Part shown: positions 9,142 to 24,141 of the stretch, piece by piece
Layout of the letters: every line of letters begins with the position of its first letter
Numbering within the stretch: the stretch's first letter is position 1
Origin: Phenylobacterium sp.
Lineage (GTDB): Bacteria > Pseudomonadota > Alphaproteobacteria > Caulobacterales > Caulobacteraceae
Direction of reading: 5' to 3'
DNA length: 64,000 nt
Assembly (NCBI RefSeq): GCF_030679875.1
Contig: NZ_JAUXSP010000006.1
Coordinates: 129,653 to 193,652, forward strand
Program-made: the position numbers and the translations under genes
Notes under the pieces: generated by a model
Databases searched by the model: none
Told to the model about the DNA's origin: nothing
Seen by the model: the letters and a program-made list of their open reading frames with translations, nothing else

Positions 9142-13788
<4,647 letters not shown>

Positions 13789-13810
13789 GACTGAAGATCG
13801 GAGCACCGTC

Positions 13811-15262
13811 ATGGGAAAGCCCACCGGCTTCCTTGAGATCGAACGTCAGGACCGTGGCTACGAAAAGCCCGAGTCTCGCCTGAAGACCTGGAACGAATTC
13901 GTCAAACCCCTGGCTCAGCCGGAGCTGACCAAGCAGGCCGCCCGCTGCATGGATTGCGGGATTCCGTACTGTCACACCGGCTGCCCGGTGAACAATCAGA
14001 TCCCGGACTTCAACAACCTCGTCTATCGCGAGCAGTGGTTGGCGGCGCTGGAGAACCTGCAGTCGACCAACAACTTCCCGGAGTTCACCGGTCGGGTCTG
14101 CCCCGCGCCCTGCGAGGCGGCCTGCACCCTGAACATCATCGACAATCCGGTGACCATCAAGACGATCGAGTGCCAGATCGTCGACAAGGGCTGGGATGAA
14201 GGGTGGATCACGCCACAGCCCTCGCCGCGGGGCACGGGCAAGCGCGTCGCTGTCGTCGGCTCCGGGCCTGCGGGCCTCGCTTGCGCCCAGCAACTGGCGC
14301 GGGCCGGCCATGCCCCCACCGTGTTCGAGAAGAGCGACCGGGTCGGCGGCCTGCTGCGCTATGGCATTCCGGACTTCAAGATGGAGAAGCACCTGATCGA
14401 TCGCCGGGTGCGCCAGATGGAGGCCGAAGGGGTCATCTTCCGCACCAATTTCGAGGTGGGCGTCAATGTCTCGGTCCAGCGCCTGCTGGATGACTACGAC
14501 GTTCTGGTCATGGCCGGCGGCGCCGAGAACCCCCGGGACCTGGAGATCGAAAACCGCGACCTGGACGGGATCCATTTCGCCATGGATTTCCTGACGCAGC
14601 AGAACCGCCGCGTGGCTGGCGACGCCGAAGAGGTCGCCGCGCCGACCGGGACCCTGTCGGCCAAGGGCAAGCATGTGGTGGTCATCGGGGGCGGGGACAC
14701 CGGCTCGGACTGCATCGGCACTTCGAACCGTCACGGCGCCGCATCGGTCACCCAGCTGGAGATCATGCCCCAGCCGCCGGCCCGCGAGAACAAGCTGATG
14801 ACCTGGCCCGACTGGCCGCTGAAGCTGCGCACCTCGTCCAGCCACGAAGAGGGCTGCGAGCGCGACTTCGCCGTGGCCACCAAGCGGGCCATCGGCAAGG
14901 ACGGCAAGATCGAGGCCCTTGAGTGCGCCCGCCTGGAGTGGGTCAAGGGCGACGACGGCCGCATGGTCATGAAGGAAGTGGAGGGCAGCGCCTTCCAACT
15001 CAAGGCGGACCTCGTTCTGCTGGCCATGGGCTTTGTCAGCCCGCGCCGCGAAGGGTTCGTCGACCAGGCCAAGGTCGATCTCGACGCCCGGGGCAATGTG
15101 AAGGCCTCGGTGGACGACTACCGGACCTCCGAGCCCCGGATCTTCTCCTGTGGCGACATGCGCCGGGGCCAGTCCCTGGTGGTCTGGGCGATCCGCGAGG
15201 GTCGTCAGGCCGCCCAGGCGGTCGACGCCTATCTCATGGGCGCGAGCAAGCTGCCCCGCTAA
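13811..15262 (+). CDS. gltD: Glutamate synthase (NADPH) small subunit
   Basis: 483 aa. Fe-S cysteine clusters ([23 protein letters not shown]), a Rossmann [14 protein letters not shown] motif and GGGDTGSDC. Confidence 0.95.
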   Translation: MGKPTGFLEIERQDRGYEKPESRLKTWNEFVKPLAQPELTKQAARCMDCGIPYCHTGCPVNNQIPDFNNLVYREQWLAALENLQSTNNFPEFTGRVCPAPCEAACTLNIIDNPVTIKTIECQIVDKGWDEGWITPQPSPRGTGKRVAVVGSGPAGLACAQQLARAGHAPTVFEKSDRVGGLLRYGIPDFKMEKHLIDRRVRQMEAEGVIFRTNFEVGVNVSVQRLLDDYDVLVMAGGAENPRDLEIENRDLDGIHFAMDFLTQQNRRVAGDAEEVAAPTGTLSAKGKHVVVIGGGDTGSDCIGTSNRHGAASVTQLEIMPQPPARENKLMTWPDWPLKLRTSSSHEEGCERDFAVATKRAIGKDGKIEALECARLEWVKGDDGRMVMKEVEGSAFQLKADLVLLAMGFVSPRREGFVDQAKVDLDARGNVKASVDDYRTSEPRIFSCGDMRRGQSLVVWAIREGRQAAQAVDAYLMGASKLPR

Positions 15263-15295
15263 GGCGGGCGCGAGACATCACGCCGTCCGAAGGGA

Positions 15296-15329
15296 GAGGC
15301 GGCCAGGGGATCCCCTGGCCGCCTCTTTT
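15296..15329. terminator. Bidirectional rho-independent terminator between gltD and the convergent DUF1993 gene
   Basis: GAGGCGGCCAGGGG (15296-15309) pairs with CCCCTGGCCGCCTC (15312-15325) as a near-perfect palindrome centred on GGGGATCCCC, followed by TTTT (15326-15329). Confidence 0.7.
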
Positions 15330-15342
15330 CGCAGGCGACTGA

Positions 15343-15864
15343 TCAGGCGGCCGGCGGGCGCCCGCCGGCGAGGTAGTCCATCTTGCCGATCGGGGCGCCC
15401 TTGTGACGGAGCAGGGCGTAGGCCATCGACACGTGGAACAGGAAGTTCGGCAGCGAATAGGTGAGCACAAAGTCCCTGGCCGTGAAGGTCATGGTCCGGT
15501 TCGGCAAGGGCAGTTCGATGGTGCGCTCGGCGTCGTCGCTGACCTGGTCTGGGGTGATCGCCTGGACAAAGGCCAGGGTCCTGGCGACCCGCGTCTTCAG
15601 GTCCTCATAGGTCGTCTCGGTATCCGGCATGCTGGGCGGGGTCAGCCCCGCCAACCGCGCGGCGCCGCCCTTGGCGGAGTCGGTCGCCAGCTGAACCTGG
15701 CCGATCAGCGTGTGCATGTCCGGCGCAAGGCGCGCCTCGAGAAGGTCTGACAGGGGCTGGCCGTTGGCCTCAGCGTGGGCCTCGGCCTTGTTCAGCAGGG
15801 CGGCCAGGTTGCGCAGCATCTGCACGTACACCGGGATCGAGGCGTCATAGAGGGTCAGGGCCAA
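15343..15864 (-). CDS. DUF1993 domain protein
   Basis: 173 aa. The N-terminus MALTLYDASIPVYVQMLRNLAALLNKAEAHA is the typical DUF1993 opening, and the rest looks like a four-helix bundle. Confidence 0.75.
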   Translation of the reverse strand: MALTLYDASIPVYVQMLRNLAALLNKAEAHAEANGQPLSDLLEARLAPDMHTLIGQVQLATDSAKGGAARLAGLTPPSMPDTETTYEDLKTRVARTLAFVQAITPDQVSDDAERTIELPLPNRTMTFTARDFVLTYSLPNFLFHVSMAYALLRHKGAPIGKMDYLAGGRPPAA

Positions 15865-15973
15865 GGGCGTCTCCTAAGGTTTAAGCTGGCACGGACATGG
15901 GGAGCCGGCGCCCGCGGCGCTACGGCAGAATCGTCCTAAGCCTTGCTTTAAGCATCTGCGGGAGCCGGCGGCT

Positions 15974-16360
15974 ATGAAGCGCCTCGTCTTCGACCTGGAC
16001 GGAACCCTGTCCCTCGACGAGCCCGGCGTCCCCTATGGCGAACGCCGACCCAATTGCACGGTCGTCGAGCAACTCCGCGCCTACCGGGCCATGGGCTTTG
16101 AGATCATCGTCTGCACGGCGCGCAACATGCGCACCCATGGCGGCCAGATTGGCAAGATCAACGCCCTGACCCTGCCTGTGGTCCTCGAATGGCTCTCCCG
16201 CCATGACATCCCCTATGACGAGGTCCATGTGGGCAAGCCTTGGTGCGGAACCGACGGCTTCTATGTGGACGACAAGGCTGTCCGGCCGAGCGAGTTCGTC
16301 GCCCTGACCTATGACGAGATCCGCAGCCTCCTGGCGCGGGAGACGGAGACGGGCATGTGA
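15974..16360 (+). CDS. Small HAD-superfamily phosphatase (capsule-biosynthesis type)
   Basis: 128 aa. Motif I FDLDGTL, motif II CTARN, motif III/IV GKPW...FYVDDKA. Confidence 0.7.
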   Translation: MKRLVFDLDGTLSLDEPGVPYGERRPNCTVVEQLRAYRAMGFEIIVCTARNMRTHGGQIGKINALTLPVVLEWLSRHDIPYDEVHVGKPWCGTDGFYVDDKAVRPSEFVALTYDEIRSLLARETETGM

Positions 16361-17955
16361 AGACCGTTCGCCTGATCATGTCCGGGGCGCCGGTCAGTCA
16401 GGAACTCGCCGCCGAGTTCGGGCCCCTGCCGCCGGCGCTTCTGCCCGTGGGCGTGCGCCGGCTCTATGAGTTGCAGGCCGAGGCCCTGGCCGGCGCCGGT
16501 CCGCTGCATCTGGTTCTTCCGGAGGCCTTCCCGCTTTCGGACTATGATCGCGGCAAGCTGGCCGAGCTCGGCATGACCGTCCTGCCTATCCCCGAAGGGC
16601 TGAGCCTCGGGGAGGCGGTGGTCTACGCGCTCAACACCATCGGCGCCGGCGACAGCGCCGTCCATATCCTGCATGGGGACACCCTGATTCTGGGGGCGCC
16701 CCTCGAGGCTGAAGATGTCTTCATCAGCGGCGAGCGGACCAGTGAGTATGCCTGGGCGGAGATGGAGGCCGACTCCCACGGCCGCATCTGCGCCCTGCAC
16801 ACCACAGCCGCGGGGGATGAAGGCAAGGCGGGGCGGCCGATTGCAGCGGGCTATTTCGCCTTCGGATCGAGTCTTGATCTGTTGAGGGCGCTGACGCGGC
16901 GGCGAGGGGACTTTATCGGCGCGCTCAACCATTACCTGGCGGAGCATCCGGTCACGGCCGTCGCCGCAGGGGCCTGGCTGGACTTTGGTCATCTGCAGAC
17001 CTTCTTTCAGTCCAAGCTGGCGGCGACCACGGCGCGGGCCTTCAACACGGTTCGGATCGATGGACGCACAGCGCGCAAGTCCAGCGCCGATGAGGCCAAG
17101 ATCTGGGCCGAGGCGCACTGGCTGCAGGAGGCCCCGCCGCCGGTCCAGATTCACTGTGCGCGCCTGCTGGGCTTCGGGGCGGAGGCTGACAAGGTCTTCT
17201 ATGAGACCGAGTACGAGTTCCTGCCGGTGCTGTCTGAGCTGTTCGTCTTCGGGGCTGCGGGACGACCCCCGTGGCTGCGGATCATGAGCGCCTGCGAAAC
17301 CTTCCTGAACGCCTGTGCGGCCCACAAGGGCGGTGGGTCCGGGGACGCCGCCTTGGCGGCCCTTACGTCCCACAAGACCCTGGCGCGGCTCGAACAGTTC
17401 GCGCGGGACAGCGGGTTCCCGATCCACCAACCCCTGCGATACGGCGGCCTGGCCTGTCCGTCCCTGGTGGAGATCGCTGAGCGCCTTGGGCCCGCCTACG
17501 GGCTCGACAGCGGTCGCCAGGACAGTGTGATGCACGGGGACTTCTGCTTCTCCAACATCCTCTACGATTCCCGGGTTCGCCGGATCAAGGCCCTGGATCC
17601 CCGCGGCCTTGTGGGCGAGCGGCCAACAATCTTCGGGGACAGCCGCTATGACCTTGCCAAGCTGGCCCATTCCATCGTGGGTCGCTACGACCAGATCATC
17701 GCGGGCCGCTGTGCGGTGAGCGCCATGGGCGACGACTTCGAAATCGCCTTCGAGGAGGTCGCCGCCCAGGCCTGGCTGCAGCAAGCCCTGGGAGAGCTGC
17801 GGATCGACGGCCTCGGGGGGCTGGAGGTCTCAGTTCAGGCGACGATGATCAGCCTTTTCCTCTCCATGCCGCCCCTGCACGCCGAGCGTCCTGACCGCCA
17901 GCAGGCCTTCGTGGCCAACGCCCTGCGCCTGTGGCGGACCCTGGAGGCGTCATGA
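16357..17955 (+). CDS. Two-domain protein: degenerate nucleotidyltransferase-like N-domain fused to an APH/choline-kinase-type kinase domain
   Basis: 532 aa. The N-terminus LIMSGAPVSQELAAEFGPLPPALLPVGVRRLYE resembles the sugar-nucleotidyltransferase opening, but the G-x-G-x-R loop is degraded. The C-terminal half carries the kinase catalytic loop HGDFCFSNILYD and the metal-binding IKALDPRG...GDSRYDLAKLAHS. GTGA start/stop overlap with the HAD gene. Confidence 0.6.
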   Translation: MKTVRLIMSGAPVSQELAAEFGPLPPALLPVGVRRLYELQAEALAGAGPLHLVLPEAFPLSDYDRGKLAELGMTVLPIPEGLSLGEAVVYALNTIGAGDSAVHILHGDTLILGAPLEAEDVFISGERTSEYAWAEMEADSHGRICALHTTAAGDEGKAGRPIAAGYFAFGSSLDLLRALTRRRGDFIGALNHYLAEHPVTAVAAGAWLDFGHLQTFFQSKLAATTARAFNTVRIDGRTARKSSADEAKIWAEAHWLQEAPPPVQIHCARLLGFGAEADKVFYETEYEFLPVLSELFVFGAAGRPPWLRIMSACETFLNACAAHKGGGSGDAALAALTSHKTLARLEQFARDSGFPIHQPLRYGGLACPSLVEIAERLGPAYGLDSGRQDSVMHGDFCFSNILYDSRVRRIKALDPRGLVGERPTIFGDSRYDLAKLAHSIVGRYDQIIAGRCAVSAMGDDFEIAFEEVAAQAWLQQALGELRIDGLGGLEVSVQATMISLFLSMPPLHAERPDRQQAFVANALRLWRTLEAS

Positions 17956-18680
17956 TTGTCATCCCCATGGCCGGCCGATCGCAGCGGTTCTTCGACGCCG
18001 GCTACCGCCAGCCAAAATACATGCTCGACCTGTCCGGACGCAGCGTCTTCGCCCACGCTGTGGAAAGCTTCCGCGGAGTCTTTGATCGGACGCGCTTCCT
18101 GTTCATCCTGCCCGAGGGCGAGCGCGCCGCCGAATTTGTGCGGGCCGAGTGCGCCACCCTGGGGATCGGCGACTTCGCCCTTGTCAGCCTGAGCAGGCCC
18201 ACCGCCGGCCAGGCTGAGACCGTCGAGCTTGGTCTGGATGGACTGTCGGCGCCGGACGAGACGCCCCTGACCATCTTCAACATCGACACCTTCCGGCCGG
18301 GCTTCAGCTTTCCTGGCCCCCTGCTGGACGATATGGCTGGCTGGCTGGAAGTGTTTCGCGGCGAGGGCGCCAACTGGTCCTATGTCCGCCCCGGCCCGGG
18401 GCCGGCCCCCCTGGCGCTGGAGACGGCGGAGAAGCGACCAATCTCAGATCTCTGCTGCACGGGCCTCTATCACTTCGCCAGAAGCGGTGACTTCCGTATG
18501 GCGCTGAGGGCGGAGCGGGCTGATCCTCAGGCGGCGGAGCTCTATGTCGCGCCGCTCTACAATCATCTGATTCAAGCCGGCGCCCGGATCGGCTATCGGG
18601 AAATTCCCCGGGACGAGGTGATTTTCTGCGGCACGCCGGCTGAGTACGAGGGCCTGCTAGCGCTCAACGCGCCAGCTTGA
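17952..18680 (+). CDS. Nucleotidyltransferase (GT-A fold, LicC/sugar-phosphate nucleotidyltransferase-like)
   Basis: MIVIPMAGRSQRFFDAGYRQPKYML is the typical opening of this family. ATGA overlap with the upstream gene (ATG 17952, TGA 17953-17955). Confidence 0.65.
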   Translation: MIVIPMAGRSQRFFDAGYRQPKYMLDLSGRSVFAHAVESFRGVFDRTRFLFILPEGERAAEFVRAECATLGIGDFALVSLSRPTAGQAETVELGLDGLSAPDETPLTIFNIDTFRPGFSFPGPLLDDMAGWLEVFRGEGANWSYVRPGPGPAPLALETAEKRPISDLCCTGLYHFARSGDFRMALRAERADPQAAELYVAPLYNHLIQAGARIGYREIPRDEVIFCGTPAEYEGLLALNAPA

Positions 18681-19836
18681 GGGTCTTGACCAGCCGGGCG
18701 GCGCGGTCGCGCCACTGGTGCTCGGCCAGGGCTTTTTTGGCGCCGGATCTCGCCAGCGCCGCCAGGCCGGCCTCATCGGCCAACAGGGTTTCGATCTGCT
18801 GGGGAACATCCTCAAGCGCGTCCCAGGCGAAGGTCGCGATCTCGCGGCCGTCCTTGAACGCCTCGGCGTAGTAGCGGCTCTGATCGGAGAGGACGGCGGC
18901 GCCAGCGCTCATGGCCGTGAAGACCCGCTCGTGGCCGCCAGCCACGAAGCCGTTGTTGGTGTTGAGCACCAGCCGCGTCCGCCGCAGCAGGGCCAGGGTC
19001 TCGGCAAAACTCCCGACCCCGCCATAGTCAAAGCTGGGATATTGCGTCGTCAGGGGCTCCCAGCCGGCGCCATAGACCCGGATGGGGACGCGGGCGGCGC
19101 CGAGAATGTTCAGCAGCCGATCCCGATGATAGGCCTCACAATAGGCCTGGACGGCCTGCAACAGCGGCGCGACCTGATCCAGGAGTTCGCTGGTCAGCCC
19201 GCCCCCCTGCCGCGCCAGACTTTGCTTGAGCGCGTCCAGGATCGAGAGCCGACCATCGGCGCACATCTGTCCGGCGACATCCAGCACCAGGTCTTTCGCG
19301 GGGCTGTGGGGCCACTCTTTCCATGGCGCTAAGGGCGGCCCTCGATAGGTGCCGGTGAACAGCAGTGGGATATCGCGGGATGCGAAGGCGGCGTCGGTGG
19401 TGTCTGGCGGCTCACCCAGCTGGTTGGCGCCGCAGGGCAGAAAGCCAATCTGGCGGAATGTTCGTCCCTCGCTCCAGACGCTCATGAACTGGACGTGGCT
19501 CCGGTCGAGGAACAGAGCGACCTTCCGCTGGATCGGCGTCGAAAGCCGCGGCAGGTGGTGCAGGGGATGGTCGACGTAGAGCGAGGCGTAGACCGCGCCC
19601 AGGGCGTCGAAGATCGAACGCCCGTCGGCCTGTAGGTCGCATCCCACCCCGCTGAATCCGAAGAAGGCCCCGGGGGGATCGGCCAGCACGGCATTGACCG
19701 CGGCGATGGGGTCGTCCGCGGCGAGATCGACGACCACCGCTTCGTGTCCGAGGTCGCGCAGGGCCGCGGCGAGCTGGTCCACATGCAGTCGGAGCGAACC
19801 GTATTGCGACTGCCCTTTGAAAAGCACGATCCGCAT
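18664..19836 (-). CDS. Glycosyltransferase-like protein (CgeB/DUF3880 - Glyco_trans_1_2 type)
   Basis: ~390 aa from MRIVLFKGQSQYG. The C-terminal block ...RLVLNTNNGFVAGGHERVFTAMSAGAAVLSD...F...GREI resembles the GT-B C-terminal domain of CgeB-like enzymes. Convergent with, and overlapping by 17 nt, the nucleotidyltransferase gene. Confidence 0.55.
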   Translation of the reverse strand: MRIVLFKGQSQYGSLRLHVDQLAAALRDLGHEAVVVDLAADDPIAAVNAVLADPPGAFFGFSGVGCDLQADGRSIFDALGAVYASLYVDHPLHHLPRLSTPIQRKVALFLDRSHVQFMSVWSEGRTFRQIGFLPCGANQLGEPPDTTDAAFASRDIPLLFTGTYRGPPLAPWKEWPHSPAKDLVLDVAGQMCADGRLSILDALKQSLARQGGGLTSELLDQVAPLLQAVQAYCEAYHRDRLLNILGAARVPIRVYGAGWEPLTTQYPSFDYGGVGSFAETLALLRRTRLVLNTNNGFVAGGHERVFTAMSAGAAVLSDQSRYYAEAFKDGREIATFAWDALEDVPQQIETLLADEAGLAALARSGAKKALAEHQWRDRAARLVKTLKLAR

Positions 19837-19925
19837 GCCGCCCCCCCAAGCAAAAAGAGCAGGGTCAGGCGATTCCGCAGAACCGCCCAACCCTGCGCTG
19901 TCAGGGACATCCGGGGGAGGAGGCC

Positions 19926-21326
19926 TTAGAAGGTCTGAGAGAGTTCGACGTAGCCGAACAGGGGTTCGGCGCCGGTGGCGTTGGGGGCGTCGTCCAGGAA
20001 CTCGCCATTCACCAGCTTGGCGAAGCCGAACTCCAGGCGGGTGGCTTTCGGCACGATCCAGTAGCGGGCCCGGGCCTCCAACTGGTGGCCGGCGAAGTCG
20101 CCGGACCGGCCGGTGGCGTCGCGCACGCCGGTGCTGGCGAAGGAATCGGTGGCCTCGTCGAGATAGAGGGCGCGGTAGAAGACCATGGCGTCCCAGCGCT
20201 TGTTGGGAACGACCTCGACCCGGACGCCTGGCGAATTGAAGTTGGAGCGGCCAAGCGGGCCATAGGCGCCAGGGGGGCCGAAATCGGGGCGACGGGGGCC
20301 GAACAGTCCGTCGAAGCGGTTGTAGTCGCCATCGGTGCTGCTCTTGTCGCCGCTGGCGAAGTCATATTCCAGAGCCACGCGTGGCGACCACGCGCCCTCG
20401 AAGGTCTTGCCGACCTCCAGGTGCAGATACTGGGCGTCCACGTCCAGGTCGCGGCGGTCGGCGGCGCTGGTGGAGTTTCGAGCCTTGCCCGTCTGCCACC
20501 CGCCCTCAAACTCATAGTCCCATTGGCCCGCCGCCGGGTTGCGGAAGAAGCGACCGCCGAGCGTGGTCAGGCGGCGATTGCGGGTGGCGACCCGGGGAGA
20601 GTCTTCCTCCTCCAGCCGCAGGCCGAAGACCTCCAGCTGGCCGCCGTCGGCGAACTTGGGCGTGGTGTAGATACCGCCCCAGAAGACCAGGTCGTCATTC
20701 TGCCGGTCGGTCTCGATCTCGTTGTCGAGGATGCCGGCCCGGTCCGACGGGCGCTTCTGCAGGGGATAGGTGTAGAACAGGGTCGCTGCGCCCGCCGACT
20801 TGGCGCTCCAGTCGGCGCGGACGCCAGCAAAGGCGTTGGTGGCGTTGCCATAGGACGAGCGGCCCACCAGACGCCGTGAGCCGACGTCCAGGGTGAAGCG
20901 GCCAAGCGTCGCCGAGCCCTTGGCGCCGTCGACGAACAGGTCGTTCACATCGGCGGCCACATAGGCCTGGATCAGCTCCAGGGCGTTGACGTCGCCGGTG
21001 CCGGTGGGCGAGCCGCTGTCGTTCAGATAGACCCGCGCGTCGATGATCTCACCGCCGATGCGAACCGGCTCGAGGTTGAGTTCAGCAAACAGGGTGGAGC
21101 GAAGAACAAGGCCCTGGTCGGACCCGTCGCCGAAGGCTGGGCGGTACTGGCCATCCAGGCTCTCGTAGCGGGCCCGCACCGTGCCGGAGAGCTTGAGGTT
21201 GTCCGGCGCGCCGACGGCGTCATGCAGAGTCCAGGGCGCAGACTGCGCCGCGGCGGGGCTGGTGGCGACAGCGCTGGCCAGCACGATCAGGGAGGCGCCG
21301 ATGGCGCGCGAGGTCTTCAGCGTCAT
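19926..21326 (-). CDS. Outer-membrane porin, alginate-export (AlgE-like) family
   Basis: Signal peptide ...SLIVLASAVATSPAAAQ, the N-terminal block LKLSGTVRARYESLDGQYR, alternating beta-strand pattern and terminal ...VELSQTF. Start chosen at MTLKTSRAIG. Confidence 0.65.
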   Translation of the reverse strand: MTLKTSRAIGASLIVLASAVATSPAAAQSAPWTLHDAVGAPDNLKLSGTVRARYESLDGQYRPAFGDGSDQGLVLRSTLFAELNLEPVRIGGEIIDARVYLNDSGSPTGTGDVNALELIQAYVAADVNDLFVDGAKGSATLGRFTLDVGSRRLVGRSSYGNATNAFAGVRADWSAKSAGAATLFYTYPLQKRPSDRAGILDNEIETDRQNDDLVFWGGIYTTPKFADGGQLEVFGLRLEEEDSPRVATRNRRLTTLGGRFFRNPAAGQWDYEFEGGWQTGKARNSTSAADRRDLDVDAQYLHLEVGKTFEGAWSPRVALEYDFASGDKSSTDGDYNRFDGLFGPRRPDFGPPGAYGPLGRSNFNSPGVRVEVVPNKRWDAMVFYRALYLDEATDSFASTGVRDATGRSGDFAGHQLEARARYWIVPKATRLEFGFAKLVNGEFLDDAPNATGAEPLFGYVELSQTF

Positions 21327-21408
21327 GGTGTTCAGAATTTCTCTCTGTTCGGACACCGTCGGTCCGCGTTAGCCAGCTAGAGCGCAAAGATTGCCTGAGG
21401 CTTAAGCT

Positions 21409-22434
21409 TCACCTTGGGTGCAACAGGTAGGTCCGCGGCGCTACCCGCACCTCAAAGCCAAGCCCTGCAAGGGATTGCGGGACTTCCAGGACCAGGGTCC
21501 GCCCCCCCACCTCGCAGGTCGCGCGCGACGATCCGCCGCGCTGCAGAACGCTGATTTTCCGGGCTGGAAGCCCTTCGGCGTGGGGAGGGAGCAGGTCGGT
21601 GTCGACGCCGCGGAAACTCATCATGACTGGACCCGGCGCGGCGTCAGCCGGCGCCGGTGTACGCCACCCCTCCACGATGAGCATGCCATCGGCGACATCG
21701 CCCGGTAGCTGGACCCCTTCACCCACGAAATCGAAGACGAAGGCCGAGGCCGGGGCCTCATAGATCCGTTGAGGGGTGTCGACCTGTTCCAGGCGCCCGT
21801 TCCGAAGGATCGCCACCCTGTCCGCCAGGTCGAGGGCCTCTTCCTGATCGTGGGTGACGAAGATGGTCGTCAGCCCCGTCTCATCATGGATCCGCCTGAG
21901 CCAGCCCCGCAGGTCGCGGCGAACCTTGGCGTCGAGGGCGCCGAAGGGTTCATCCAGCAAAAGCATCCGCGGCTCGATCGCCAGGGCCCGCGCCAAGGCC
22001 ACCCGCTGCCGTTGCCCACCAGAAAGCTGGGCCGGATAGCGTCCGCCCAGACCCTCCAGTTGGACCAGGGCCAGCAGGCTCTCAACCCGAGCGCTGATCT
22101 GGGTCCGTGAGGGCCGTGTGCTGGCGGGGCGCACCTCCAGCCCAAAGGCGATATTCTGGGCCACGCTCATGTGTCGGAAGAGCGCATAGTGCTGGAACAC
22201 CATCCCGATGCGGCGCGCCCTGGCGTCCATGGTCAGCAGATCCTCGCCGCCAAACCGCACGGTCCCCTGATCGGGACGCTCCAAACCCGCCAGGACCCGT
22301 AGCAGCGTCGTCTTGCCGGATCCCGATGGTCCGAGCAGGGCCAGGAACTCGCCCTGCCGCGCCTCCAGGGACACGCCGTCCAGAGCGGCGTGGTCGCCAA
22401 AGGTCTTGGCCACATTTTCGATGACGAGGGACAT
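21409..22434 (-). CDS. cysA: Sulfate/thiosulfate ABC transporter ATP-binding protein
   Basis: Walker [10 protein letters not shown], signature [15 protein letters not shown], Walker B LLLDEPF, and a CysA-type C-terminal regulatory domain. ATG at 22434-22432 lies just downstream of the cysW stop; the ORF-track N-extension is rejected. Confidence 0.9.
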   Translation of the reverse strand: MSLVIENVAKTFGDHAALDGVSLEARQGEFLALLGPSGSGKTTLLRVLAGLERPDQGTVRFGGEDLLTMDARARRIGMVFQHYALFRHMSVAQNIAFGLEVRPASTRPSRTQISARVESLLALVQLEGLGGRYPAQLSGGQRQRVALARALAIEPRMLLLDEPFGALDAKVRRDLRGWLRRIHDETGLTTIFVTHDQEEALDLADRVAILRNGRLEQVDTPQRIYEAPASAFVFDFVGEGVQLPGDVADGMLIVEGWRTPAPADAAPGPVMMSFRGVDTDLLPPHAEGLPARKISVLQRGGSSRATCEVGGRTLVLEVPQSLAGLGFEVRVAPRTYLLHPR

Positions 22435-22441
22435 GCCGGGA

Positions 22442-23275
22442 TCAGTGACGACGGCTTGCGGCGAGTTCGCCGGCGTGGCGCCATTCAAGGGCGGACTTGA
22501 GCCCCAGCGTGACGAGGGCGAGCCCGGCGAGAACAGTGGCGACCGCGAAGGCGCCGACGAAGTCATACTCATTGTAGAGAATCTCCACATGCAGAGGCAG
22601 GGTGTTGGTCAGGCCCCGGATGTGTCCGGAGACCACGGAGACCGCGCCAAATTCACCCATCGCCCGGGCGTTGCAGAGCAGGACCCCGTACAGCAGGCCC
22701 CACTTCACATTGGGCAGGGTGACGCGGAAGAAGGTGGTCCAGGGCCCCGCGCCTAGGGTGATGGCGGCGGTCTCCTCGTCGGCCCCCTGCTGTTCCATCA
22801 GCGGGATCAACTCCCGGGCCACGAAGGGCAGGGTTACGAGAACGGTCGCTAGGACCACCCCTGTGATGTTGAAAATGACTCGGATGCCGAGGTCCTGGAG
22901 CAGCGGCCCAAACCAACCGTTTGCGCCAAAGAGCAGCACCCAAACGAGACCCGACACCACCGGCGAGATGGAGAACGGCAGGTCGATCAGGGTGATCAGC
23001 AGGCTGCGGCCTCTGAACTCGAACTTGGCGATCGCCCAGGCGGCCGCCAGGCCGAACACGGCGTTGAGGGGCACGGCGATCGCGGCGACCAGCATGGTGA
23101 GATGCATGGCCGCCCAGGCGTCGGGCTCCTTTAGGGCGGCGATATAGGCGCCTGCCCCCAGGCGGAACGCCTCGTGAAAGACCATGATCAGCGGCAGGAC
23201 GACGATCAGGCCGAGCACAACGAGGGCCCCGGTGATCAGCGCGAGCGAGCCCGGGGAGGGTCTGCGGCCGGTCAT
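22442..23275 (-). CDS. cysW: Sulfate ABC transporter permease
   Basis: 277 aa from [20 protein letters not shown]. It has the permease EAA-loop region ...[26 protein letters not shown] overlap with cysT (ATG 23275-23273, stop 23274-23272). Confidence 0.9.
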   Translation of the reverse strand: MTGRRPSPGSLALITGALVVLGLIVVLPLIMVFHEAFRLGAGAYIAALKEPDAWAAMHLTMLVAAIAVPLNAVFGLAAAWAIAKFEFRGRSLLITLIDLPFSISPVVSGLVWVLLFGANGWFGPLLQDLGIRVIFNITGVVLATVLVTLPFVARELIPLMEQQGADEETAAITLGAGPWTTFFRVTLPNVKWGLLYGVLLCNARAMGEFGAVSVVSGHIRGLTNTLPLHVEILYNEYDFVGAFAVATVLAGLALVTLGLKSALEWRHAGELAASRRH

Positions 23276-24141
23276 GCCCGCCCCCGCCGCGCGAGCGCGC
23301 CTTGCAGTGAGTTGAGCAGCAGAAGGCCCGTGAACGACAGGGCCAGCATGGCCAGACCCACAGCTGCGGCGCCGGCATAGTCGAATTGCTCCAGCTTGAT
23401 GACGATCAGCAAGGGCGCGATTTCCGAACGCAAAGGCATGTTGCCGGCGATGAAGATCACTGAGCCGTACTCGCCAGCCGCCCTGGCGAAGGCCAGACCG
23501 ACGCCGGTGAGCAAGGCGGGGGCGAGGGCGGGCAACACTACTCGCCAAGCGGTCTGCCGGGGTGTGGCGCCGAGGGTGCGCGCGGCCTCCTCCACCTCGC
23601 GGTCGAGGTCTTCAAGCACGGGCTGAACCGTCCGAACGACGAAGGGCAGACCGACAAAGATCAGGGCGAGGAGGATCCCGAGGGGCGTGTAGGCGATGCG
23701 AATCCCGAGCTCAGCCAGGGGCGCGCCCAGCGGACCGTTCGGGGCGTAGATGGCGGTGAGCGCTATGCCAGCGACAGCGGTTGGCAGGGCGAAGGGGAGG
23801 TCCACCAGGGCGTCGACAAACCGTCGCCCCGGAAAGGCGTAGCGCGAGAGCACCCAGGCGATGAGCAGGCCGAGGCCGGCATTAATGGTGGCCGCCAGGG
23901 CCGCGGCGCCGAAGCTGATCCTGAGCGCGGCGATGACCCGGGGGTCAGTGACCACTGTCCAGAAGCCAGACAGGCCGAGCTCCCACGGACGAAGCAGCAA
24001 CGCGCTGAGGGGAAGCAGAAAGATCAGGCTCAGCCAGGTCAGCGTGATCCCGAGCGCCAGGGGAAAGCCCGGGAGAACGGAGTCCTTCCGCCAGGGTTTG
24101 CGGGCCTTGGCCGCCACAGCGAGAGACAGGGCCCGGCTCAT
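23272..24141 (-). CDS. cysT: Sulfate ABC transporter permease
   Basis: 289 aa, EAA loop ...[23 protein letters not shown], and a 4-nt overlap with the binding-protein gene. Confidence 0.9.
   Translation of the reverse strand: MSRALSLAVAAKARKPWRKDSVLPGFPLALGITLTWLSLIFLLPLSALLLRPWELGLSGFWTVVTDPRVIAALRISFGAAALAATINAGLGLLIAWVLSRYAFPGRRFVDALVDLPFALPTAVAGIALTAIYAPNGPLGAPLAELGIRIAYTPLGILLALIFVGLPFVVRTVQPVLEDLDREVEEAARTLGATPRQTAWRVVLPALAPALLTGVGLAFARAAGEYGSVIFIAGNMPLRSEIAPLLIVIKLEQFDYAGAAAVGLAMLALSFTGLLLLNSLQGALARRGRA

Noticed and set aside
16309-17784. 491-aa ORF antisense to the NT-kinase fusion gene
   Set aside because: Low-complexity composition. The plus-strand frame carries a clean kinase catalytic loop and overlapping start/stop codons with its neighbours.
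22435-23548. N-terminal extensions in the ORF track for cysA (to 22590) and cysW (to 23548)
   Set aside because: The extensions overlap the upstream gene extensively, are Ser/Pro/Arg-rich, and push the proteins beyond family length. Internal ATGs at 22434 and 23275 give canonical lengths and ATGA-type coupling.
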